Shown in pieces: positions 1 to 6,656 of a stretch of DNA of 21,847 nt. The stretch lies in NCBI GenBank assembly GCA_038858525.1, contig JAWCFL010000008.1:42773-64619 (forward strand), in the 5' to 3' direction. This DNA is from Candidatus Jordarchaeales archaeon (GTDB taxonomy: Archaea > Asgardarchaeota > Jordiarchaeia > Jordiarchaeales > Freyrarchaeaceae). Within the stretch, counting starts at the first letter, position 1. Every line of letters begins with the position of its first letter. The position numbers were made by a program, and so were the translations under genes. A model generated the notes under the pieces. That model ran no database searches. It was not told where the DNA came from and saw only the letters and a list, made by a program, of their open reading frames with translations.

Positions 1-1
1 G

Positions 2-115
2 GAAGGAGGCAAGTGGGTTAGGAAGATACAGGTGGTAAAGATGCGGGGAACAAGTCATGACCTCAACGAACATGTCTTCGAAATAACAAAGGAAGGAATA
101 AAGCTTAAGGATTAA
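2..115 (+). CDS. C-terminal fragment of a KaiC/RAD55-family (RecA-fold) ATPase, truncated by the window start
   Basis: Not in the ORF track. Frame 2 translates EGGKWVRKIQVVKMRGTSHDLNEHVFEITKEGIKLKD* with TAA at 113-115. R-x-I-x-V-x-KMRG-x-x-H...F-x-IT-x-x-GI is the typical KaiC-domain C-terminus, including the KMRG arginine finger. Confidence 0.85.
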   Translation, partial: EGGKWVRKIQVVKMRGTSHDLNEHVFEITKEGIKLKD

Positions 116-148
116 CGCGAGACGCTTTCTCCTCTTAGGTGAAGACTA

Positions 149-1549
149 ATGGAAAAAGGTAATGTTGAGGAGGCATTGAAAGAGGAGGAAACTGTTAAGA
201 GTGGGGTAAATGGTTTAGATGACCTCTTTGGTGGAGGGTTTGACCCGGGAAGCGTTATTCTTCTATCTGGCCCCCCGGGCTCCGGTAAGAGCGTAATGTC
301 GGCTCAGTTTATTTATAATGGAGCGGTGAAGTATGGTGAGGCTGGGCTTTACGTGAACTTCAGTGAGAGCAGAGGCGACTTTATGAGGAACATGGCGAGA
401 TTTAGAATGGACTTTAACCGTCTCGAAGAAGAGGGACTTTTCAGGTTTATTGATGCCTATAACGTTTTCAATAGAAGAAGCCTGGATCTTATACTCTCCC
501 ACGTGTTAGACGAGCTCGCATCCCTCAGAGTTAGGAGGATGGTGCTAGACTCTGTAAACTCCGTTGCGGCAATGATGGATAAAGATGAGCTTAGAGGCTT
601 CATAGCCGCTACCATTCTAGGCATCTGTAAAGTCAACAAGGTCACATGTATACTTATAAGCAACCAGCTCAAGGAAGTGGCTGATGTTAAGCTCGCCGAG
701 CTAGCATTCATGTGTGACACAGTAATAAACCTTGAAGCAAAACTGATAGGGGATACTGTTGAAAGGTTCCTCATTATAAATAAGGCGAGGGGGAAAAATC
801 CTATTGCTTCGAGGGCGGAGTACATTATAACGGATCGAGGAGTAGAGGTTTTTGCGCCCATAGTAAGGCTTCCCGCAGAAAGAGGACGGCTGGATGGTTA
901 CGTGGGCATAGGGCATCCGGAATTCGACGAGAAGGTGTTGATGGGGGGCGTTAGGAGGGGGACCGTGACGCTCATCTCTGGGCCGGGAGGAACAGGGAAA
1001 AGATTTTTGCTAGTCGAGTTTGCCGCTTCAAGTGTTCTCAGGGGAGAGAAGACGCTTTACGCAACGTTTAGGGATCTGAGGAGGGTGGAGGAGTCCTTCA
1101 TAAACCGGGGATACGATGTTAAAGAACTTGAGAAGAGGGGGATGCGATTCGTCGAGTTTTCACCTTTTAGAGTTACCCCTGGGATTATTCTGCTCACGCT
1201 GAAGGAGACGCTGGACGATTTCCAACCCAGTATGGCGGCTGTAGAAGAGGTGGCATCTTTGAAGTGGCTTCCTAGGGAGGATTATTATCGGTTGATAAAC
1301 AAGATGGCAGCCCTCTTTAAGGATTATGGTGTAACTGTTATGATGAGCTCCGAGAGTAATGTAGACGTAAGAGAGACTGACGAGTTTAGGGCGGCTGACA
1401 ATGTGATCTCTGTTTGGAGTGAAAGAGAGGGGAACGAAGCGGTCAGAAAGGTTTGCGTCGTTAAAATGGAGGGGAGAACCCATTATGAGAAAGTAAGAAA
1501 ACTTACTTATGAAGGGGGGGTTAGGGTTGCTGAGCTTTACGAATATTGA
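149..1549 (+). CDS. Two-domain KaiC-like ATPase (RAD55/KaiC family); N-domain intact, C-domain degenerate
   Basis: Both halves start with the KaiC signature (SGVNGLDDLFGGG...G; IGHPEFDEKVLMGGVRRG). N-domain has Walker A GPPGSGKS, YVNFSES, Walker B RMVLDS and KARG. C-domain has GPGGTGKR, AVEEV and KMEG. Confidence 0.9.
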   Translation: MEKGNVEEALKEEETVKSGVNGLDDLFGGGFDPGSVILLSGPPGSGKSVMSAQFIYNGAVKYGEAGLYVNFSESRGDFMRNMARFRMDFNRLEEEGLFRFIDAYNVFNRRSLDLILSHVLDELASLRVRRMVLDSVNSVAAMMDKDELRGFIAATILGICKVNKVTCILISNQLKEVADVKLAELAFMCDTVINLEAKLIGDTVERFLIINKARGKNPIASRAEYIITDRGVEVFAPIVRLPAERGRLDGYVGIGHPEFDEKVLMGGVRRGTVTLISGPGGTGKRFLLVEFAASSVLRGEKTLYATFRDLRRVEESFINRGYDVKELEKRGMRFVEFSPFRVTPGIILLTLKETLDDFQPSMAAVEEVASLKWLPREDYYRLINKMAALFKDYGVTVMMSSESNVDVRETDEFRAADNVISVWSEREGNEAVRKVCVVKMEGRTHYEKVRKLTYEGGVRVAELYEY

Positions 1550-1577
1550 GAAGGGAGTGCAGAATGGGGGGTGAAGC

Positions 1578-2201
1578 TTGTTTAGAGGCGTGATCGTGGT
1601 GAGCTTTGATTACAGGCTTGGACCTATTGTTGAGGCGATGTTCCCTGAGGGGGTTATCCCGAGGGATGCTGTGTGGAACTTTGCTCTGGATATTTGGATG
1701 AGCATATTTTCAAGAGAGGTGACTGAGGATTCAAACCAGAAAGTTTATGGCGACCTTGGAAGACTTGCTATTATCTCTTTCTGCGAGAATAGTGAAAACT
1801 ATGCTCTAATTGCCCTGTTCGATGATGGGGACGGAGGAGCAGTTTGGCAACTTAAAGATGCATTGAAGGAAGTTATGAGTAGGGCGGTGGAAGCGCTTAA
1901 AAAGGGAAGTAGGAGTATCGACGTTGCCCGAAGCGTTTACGATGATATAAACGGACTGATCGCTGGGCCAAGAAAGTTTCCAGTTGAGGTATATGAGAGA
2001 TTCAGGGAGATATATGACGCGCTAGGAAAAGTTTTGAGTGTTTTGAACGAAGTTAAAGATGACGAAGTAAAGGGTAAGCTGCTCAGCACAGTGTCGGAGC
2101 TGACGGACAAGATATCGGATCTTGCGCTCAACCTAGCCTTAACTTGGGGAGACAGAGACATTATAAGTGCGATTCTCCGTAGAGCGGAAGGTAAGAGCTA
2201 A
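1578..2201 (+). CDS. uDENN/longin-like domain protein with C-terminal helical region (paralog A)
   Basis: N-terminal VIVVSFDYRLGPIVEAMFP matches the hydrophobic strand-FD-x3-GP-x-V-x3-(F/Y)P start of uDENN/longin domains (NPR2/NPR3, AVL9, C9orf72 families). Clear paralog of 2855..3499. TTG start preceded by GGGGGTGA. Confidence 0.6.
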   Translation: MFRGVIVVSFDYRLGPIVEAMFPEGVIPRDAVWNFALDIWMSIFSREVTEDSNQKVYGDLGRLAIISFCENSENYALIALFDDGDGGAVWQLKDALKEVMSRAVEALKKGSRSIDVARSVYDDINGLIAGPRKFPVEVYERFREIYDALGKVLSVLNEVKDDEVKGKLLSTVSELTDKISDLALNLALTWGDRDIISAILRRAEGKS

Positions 2202-2216
2202 AATGGAGGAGGAGCA

Positions 2217-2732
2217 TTGCGCCCATCGGAGCTTCAATGCTTCCAGAGGAGGATTGTGCTGAGAGATGGGTCAAGGGTTTTGATCAGGGCTTTGACGCCG
2301 GCGGACGCGGCAAAACTCTTGAAGTTTTACAGTTCGTTGTCGACGGAGACGAGTTACCTGCGCTTCCTCAACTATAGGCCTTCCTCAAGCTGGGTGCTGG
2401 AAGGACTTGCCAACGTCAACTTCGAGGATAATGTTGCCCTTGGAGCCTTCACTGAGAAAGGGGAGTTAATAGGTGACGCGAGGTTCTCGCTCGACAGGAA
2501 GACGGGGAGGGCTGAAATAGGAATAGTGGTTGCTGACGAGTGGCAGGGGAGAGGGCTAGGGCTGAACATGATCCAGACGCTGGGCTATATAGCCTTGAGA
2601 ATGGGTGTTAAAACGCTCTACGCCACAGTATCCCCGGTCAACTATCTTGTGGCCGCAGCCCTGAAGAGCGCGGGTTTCAGAAGAGTCAGAACGGCGCTAC
2701 TAGAGGAAAGGATTTTTGAAGCAGATCTCTAG
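2217..2732 (+). CDS. GNAT N-acetyltransferase resembling the catalytic domain of Pat/PatZ-type protein lysine acetyltransferases
   Basis: LRDGSRVLIRALTPADA...FYSSLSTETSYLRF N-terminus, AEIGIVV strand and acetyl-CoA motif A VADEWQGRGLG. TTG start with GGAGGAGG upstream. Confidence 0.85.
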   Translation: MRPSELQCFQRRIVLRDGSRVLIRALTPADAAKLLKFYSSLSTETSYLRFLNYRPSSSWVLEGLANVNFEDNVALGAFTEKGELIGDARFSLDRKTGRAEIGIVVADEWQGRGLGLNMIQTLGYIALRMGVKTLYATVSPVNYLVAAALKSAGFRRVRTALLEERIFEADL

Positions 2733-2776
2733 CGAAGTTTGAACTCTGTAAAACTAGAACGACGAGTTTCCAAAAA

Positions 2777-2802
2777 ATCGCAATTCTAAAAGAAAAAACT
2801 TA
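2777..2802 (+). promoter_or_regulatory. Putative promoter of 2855..3499: ATCGCAAT element plus A-rich BRE/TATA-like AAAAAACTTA
   Basis: ATCGCAAT at 2777-2784 and AAAAAACTTA at 2793-2802, about 50 bp before the start. The same two elements occur before the longin gene. Confidence 0.5.
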
Positions 2803-2854
2803 AGAGTTTAAAGATATCAACTTAACTTCAAGGGTTTGGAGTGGAGGCGCTCGC

Positions 2855-3499
2855 TTGAGTTCAGGCGTCGAGGTAAGGTTTCAAGTTCAGTGTCGGGGGG
2901 TTATGCTTCTCAAGTTCGATTATGTTGTGGGACCACTGGTGGAGAAAATTTTCCCTAAAGGCATCATAAATGAAGAGTTATTGTGGAATATTGCTCTTGA
3001 CATGTGGATGACTATGGGGTCTAAAAGCATGGAGAAAGGGTACAGCACGATAGTTTTCCTCAGGGATTTTGGAATGTTCGCCTGCTTGGTTTCAGGAGGC
3101 CATGATGAAGCGCCATACGCCATGGCAGCTCTTTTCGACCCAGAGGGTGTAAGCGGGTTTTGGAGCATCAAGGAGGAAGTGATTAGCGTTCTCCTTGATC
3201 ACATTGAAAGAGTTAAGAGAGGAGAGGACGCTGAAAAAGTGGTTAGGGAAGCTTACGACACAATAGTTAAAACCACGTTGGGTTTAACGAGGGCGGAAGC
3301 CTCTAGCTCTTTCCTACATGAGACAACAGATTTCATCACGAGGCTGGTGTCTCATGTTCAAAAAGCAGGCAAATTGGGCGGTGAACTAAAGGCGCTCCTG
3401 AAAAACTACGTGGAGCGGCTTGCAGACGAAGCAAGCAGAGCGGGCGCAGATGAAGTTCTCAAAGGAATTCTTAAGTTAAAGCTTATCCTAGAGACATAA
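2855..3499 (+). CDS. uDENN/longin-like domain protein with C-terminal helical region (paralog B)
   Basis: RGVMLLKFDYVVGPLVEKIFPKG aligns with RGVIVVSFDYRLGPIVEAMFPEG of 1578..2201. Further shared motifs are WNxALDxWM, YAxxALFD and WxxK. Homology begins upstream of the internal ATG at 2903, supporting the TTG start; GGAGG precedes it. Confidence 0.6.
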   Translation: MSSGVEVRFQVQCRGVMLLKFDYVVGPLVEKIFPKGIINEELLWNIALDMWMTMGSKSMEKGYSTIVFLRDFGMFACLVSGGHDEAPYAMAALFDPEGVSGFWSIKEEVISVLLDHIERVKRGEDAEKVVREAYDTIVKTTLGLTRAEASSSFLHETTDFITRLVSHVQKAGKLGGELKALLKNYVERLADEASRAGADEVLKGILKLKLILET

Positions 3500-3657
3500 A
3501 AACAGGAAAATTAATGTTTATTAAGAAAAACTCTAATTTTCTAAGATTTCCCAGCAAAAAATTTACGCTCTTCATATGAATTACTTCTTATTTTCGCCTG
3601 TTTTTACTCAATTTATTTTAATAATTTGGTTTAAAAATTATATTTTTTATAATAATG

Positions 3658-3681
3658 ATTGCGATATCTCTTTATCGCAAT
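3658..3681. promoter_or_regulatory. Perfect inverted repeat ATTGCGATA-N6-TATCGCAAT, candidate transcription-factor site upstream of the longin promoter
   Basis: 9-bp arms at 3658-3666 and 3673-3681, 10 bp upstream of AAAAAACTTATATT (3692-3705). Confidence 0.55.
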
Positions 3682-3690
3682 AGCTTCCCC

Positions 3691-3708
3691 CAAAAAACTT
3701 ATATTAAC
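3691..3708 (+). promoter_or_regulatory. BRE/TATA-like promoter of the longin gene
   Basis: CAAAAAACTTATATTAAC about 45-60 bp before the ATG at 3753. Confidence 0.55.
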
Positions 3709-3752
3709 AGAGAAACCTTAAGAATTAACAGGAAACCCCGCGGGGACTAGGA

Positions 3753-4244
3753 ATGATACATAACGTTTACATTATGAGGAGGAGCGGCGAGTGCCTGATA
3801 AGCCGAAAGTATGGTAGTCTCGAGGCGGATGATGACCTCGTCACAGGATTCCTCAGCGCCATACTCAACTTCGGAGAGCAGATCGACGGAGAGCGAGTTG
3901 AAAGTATAGTAATGGGCAACAAGAAGTTCGTCTACACAGCTATGAACGACATCATATTTATAGCATACGCAGACAAGGATGACCCAGTTAAGGAAAGCTT
4001 AGAGCTCATAGGGCAAAAGTTCATGGAGAAGTACGGTGAAGCGCTCAGAGAATGGAAGGGAGATAAAAGCATTTTCGAGGATTTCATGAAAACTATGGAT
4101 GAAGTACTGGGCGAAGAGGGAAGAGGCAGAGACATGAAGATGGATGACGTATTTGAGAAGCTAAAGAAAGGCGCGATATCAGCAACGGAAGCATCACAAC
4201 AACTCGTCGATTTCTTCCTCAAAAAAGTCAAAGGAAGCAAATAA
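3753..4244 (+). CDS. Longin-domain protein (AP-sigma/sedlin-like, Asgard type) with a SHOCT-like C-terminal helix pair
   Basis: MIHNVYIMRRSGECLISRKY (beta-hairpin start as in AP-complex sigma subunits), DDDLVTGFLSAILNF helix, IIFIAYAD strand and FMEKY...WKGDKSIFEDF tail are all typical of archaeal longins. Tail DVFEKLKKGAISATEA. Confidence 0.8.
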   Translation: MIHNVYIMRRSGECLISRKYGSLEADDDLVTGFLSAILNFGEQIDGERVESIVMGNKKFVYTAMNDIIFIAYADKDDPVKESLELIGQKFMEKYGEALREWKGDKSIFEDFMKTMDEVLGEEGRGRDMKMDDVFEKLKKGAISATEASQQLVDFFLKKVKGSK

Positions 4245-4345
4245 GAGAAGAAGAGAAGGCGAATATGGAGGAATCCAGCCACCATAGTGGAAATTTTCAC
4301 GTTTTAGTATCCTAAAGTAGTATTCTGAAGGTTGTTTATTTTTGT

Positions 4346-4367
4346 GGTTAAATTCGGGTTAAATTCG
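4346..4367. repeat. 11-bp tandem duplication (GGTTAAATTCG)x2 between the convergent longin and roadblock genes
   Basis: Exact copies at 4346-4356 and 4357-4367. Confidence 0.8.
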
Positions 4368-4381
4368 TTTTATGGATTCTG

Positions 4382-4756
4382 TTAGAATAGTTTTAGGAGT
4401 TTTTCTTTTGTTGTTGTTAACTCCGTTATGATTAATCCCATGTTGGTGTCTGGTCTGGCGACCGCGGCGAGAAGGTGCTTGTCATCTACTCCCATTATCA
4501 CTATTGTTCCCGCTTTGCCGCTCACCATGATGCGTTGAATGTTTCCCAGGGTTAGTTCTTTGACCGCTCTGGCTCCTATGTTGTAGATGGCGGCGCCCAT
4601 TGCTGCGATAAGCCCCTCGTCTCCATGTTTTATTGCTGATGCTAGAACGAGACCGTCTTTCCTGATGACTGCTGATGCTTCTATGTCTGGGTCAGATGCC
4701 TCCATTTCTTCTAATGCGTTTACCAGCTTTTCTTTAAGAGCCTTCATGTTCATCAT
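4382..4756 (-). CDS. Roadblock/LC7 (MglB/LAMTOR-like) domain protein
   Basis: DIEASAVIRKDGLVLAS, LIAAMGAAIYNIGARAVKEL, GNIQRIMVSGKAGTIVIM, LLAAVARPDTNMGLI; 124 aa, canonical roadblock pattern. Confidence 0.93.
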   Translation of the reverse strand: MMNMKALKEKLVNALEEMEASDPDIEASAVIRKDGLVLASAIKHGDEGLIAAMGAAIYNIGARAVKELTLGNIQRIMVSGKAGTIVIMGVDDKHLLAAVARPDTNMGLIITELTTTKEKLLKLF

Positions 4757-4790
4757 CCTTTAAACCGGCGTTCAATAAAACTTGAAGTGT

Positions 4791-4833
4791 TTTATATTTA
4801 AATTTTTCGTATTGTTATGCGATTTTAACAATA
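4791..4833 (-). promoter_or_regulatory. Roadblock promoter: BRE/TATA (CGAAAAATTTAAATATAAA) with an adjacent upstream inverted repeat TATTGTTA-N8-TAACAATA containing ATCGCA
   Basis: Minus strand reads AAAATCGCATAACAATACGAAAAATTTAAATATAAA. Repeat arms at 4810-4817 and 4826-4833. Confidence 0.55.
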
Positions 4834-4863
4834 ACTTGCTTTATGTATTGCGGATTTTTCATT

Positions 4864-5640
4864 TCACCTACCCTTTAGGCGCCTAACATACTCCCTCACT
4901 CTTCCCGGAACATCCTCGTTCTGGATGCATATCCTCTGAGCTAAAGCCGTGTAGTTGAGCAGCGTCTCCATGTCTACGTCAAAGCTTAAGTTCAGTATTT
5001 TTTTGGAGAGGATGACGGCGAGGGAACTGTTCATCATTATTGCCTTAGCCGTGGCGAGAACCTCCTCTTCAAGCTTGCCGGAAGGGACAACTTTGTTAAC
5101 TAGGCCTATCCTTTCAGCCTCACGAGCGTCTATTAGCTTAGCTGTCATCACCAGCTCCTTGGCTTTTCCTAAGCCCACTATGCGAGGGAGCCTCTGGCAG
5201 CCTGCTAGGTCCGGCACTATCCCAACGGCGACTTCCGGGAGTCCGAAGATGGCGTTTTCAGATGCTATTCTTAAGTCGCATACGAGGGTTAACTCTAGGC
5301 CGCCGCCTAAGGCTGGCCCATTGATGGCCGCTATCACTGGCTTCTCTGATGACTCGATCTGGCTGTAGATTCCCTGGGCGAGCCTTGTCGCCTCATACAG
5401 TTCGCTTAAGCCCATTTTTCCGAGCTCCTCGAGGAGGCTGAAGTCCATTCCCGAGGAAAAGGCTTTCCCAGCGCCAGTCAGAACAATCGTTCTCACGTCC
5501 TCATCGCGCCCGGCAATTTTGAATGCTTCGGCCAGCTCCATTAGCATCTTGGAGTTTATGGCGTTCAGCACTTCAGGCCTATTAAGAACTATCCTCGCTA
5601 TGCCTTCACTTTTTTCGTAAGAAACAGTCTCAAATTTCAA
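4864..5640 (-). CDS. Enoyl-CoA hydratase/isomerase (crotonase family)
   Basis: ARIVLNRPEVLNAI, AFSSGMD oxyanion motif, KPVIAAINGPALGGGLEL and FGLPEVAVG. Both catalytic glutamates are present. Confidence 0.93.
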   Translation of the reverse strand: MKFETVSYEKSEGIARIVLNRPEVLNAINSKMLMELAEAFKIAGRDEDVRTIVLTGAGKAFSSGMDFSLLEELGKMGLSELYEATRLAQGIYSQIESSEKPVIAAINGPALGGGLELTLVCDLRIASENAIFGLPEVAVGIVPDLAGCQRLPRIVGLGKAKELVMTAKLIDAREAERIGLVNKVVPSGKLEEEVLATAKAIMMNSSLAVILSKKILNLSFDVDMETLLNYTALAQRICIQNEDVPGRVREYVRRLKGR

Positions 5641-5692
5641 GCTAATCCCTCCAACACTAGCTAAGTTTTCCGCTGAAAGGGTATAAGGCTTT

Positions 5693-6571
5693 CTAGTAGA
5701 ACTCTTTATCTAAAGGATGGAATAACTTGAAGTATGAGAGAGGTTGCCTCGACAGCTTCACAACTTGGCGGGCGAGCCTCTTGATCGTCTTCTTGGAGTG
5801 AGACAGGTATGGAAGAATGGGGCGTGTCCCTTTCATTTTGACGATGTATGCAAGGACATTTATCGCGGCAACCCTTAAACGGGGGTTATCTGAAAGGAGC
5901 GCCAGTTTCATAATGGGCTTAACCACTCTCTCGTCCCCTATGCGGGCCGCTAGTCCCAAGTGTTCCACTGTAAAGTCACCTTTCTCCAATGCTGAAACGA
6001 TTATGTCGTTAGCTCTATCATCTCCGAGGTCCACGAGAGCCATTAGTGCTGCCGTGGAAAGCTGCCTGTCTCCTGAAACTCTCTGAAGAAAGCTCCATAC
6101 TAGGTCTGCCGCCTTCTCGTCCCTCAGCACGCCGAGAACTACACATGCCTGAGCCTTAACGCTGTCCGGAAGCTCGTCAAAAACGCTTATGATATTCTCG
6201 GTCACTGGTAATCCGTTCTCCAAGCCGAGCTTTCCTAAGGCTACCAGTAGGTCGCCGCTAACCTTCTCGTATGATGGCTCTCTCAGCAGCGAGAGAATCT
6301 TTTCCCGTATTTCACTGTTCCTGGCGAGCTCCGCAAGTTTGGACACCGCTTCAAGCCTAGCGAGACCCCTCGCCTCAGATATTAGGGGGAGAAGCTCATC
6401 AATTGAGGAAGCCTTTGAGATCGAGGAAATAAGGGCGCCTTCACCCTTTTCAGGAGGCTTAAGTGCTAAGGCGGCTTCTAGCTCAGACTTAAACCATGGG
6501 AGAAGAAGGCTTCTTAAAGCCACGTAGGGACTTATGGATAACTGTGACTCTGCGGCTTCCACCTGCACCAC
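5693..6571 (-). CDS. HEAT/PBS-lyase-like repeat (alpha-solenoid) protein
   Basis: Repeated units such as ARLEAVSKL, VKAQACVVLGVLRDEKAADLV, STAALMALVDLGDDRA, LAARIGDERVVKPI and LRVAAINVLAYI. Confidence 0.75.
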   Translation of the reverse strand: MVQVEAAESQLSISPYVALRSLLLPWFKSELEAALALKPPEKGEGALISSISKASSIDELLPLISEARGLARLEAVSKLAELARNSEIREKILSLLREPSYEKVSGDLLVALGKLGLENGLPVTENIISVFDELPDSVKAQACVVLGVLRDEKAADLVWSFLQRVSGDRQLSTAALMALVDLGDDRANDIIVSALEKGDFTVEHLGLAARIGDERVVKPIMKLALLSDNPRLRVAAINVLAYIVKMKGTRPILPYLSHSKKTIKRLARQVVKLSRQPLSYFKLFHPLDKEFY

Positions 6572-6656
6572 ACTCCAATCTAGCCTTTAAAGGACTAAAT
6601 TTCGGATTCCTGTTTGGTTGCCAGCCTTGAAAAGGTTTCCTTGCCTCTGATAAAAT

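Noticed and set aside
149-1549. Circadian clock (kaiABC) interpretation
   Set aside because: No KaiB or KaiA in the window, the phospho-acceptor Ser-Thr is absent and the second domain is degenerate.
3500-3660. Replication origin suggested by the AT-rich tract
   Set aside because: No ORB-like repeats with G-strings and no cdc6/orc1 gene nearby.
4810-4850. 10-mers GTATTGTTAT and TTATGTATTG shared between the roadblock promoter and the wtpA operator
   Set aside because: AT-rich short matches with different palindrome geometry; not enough to claim a common regulator.
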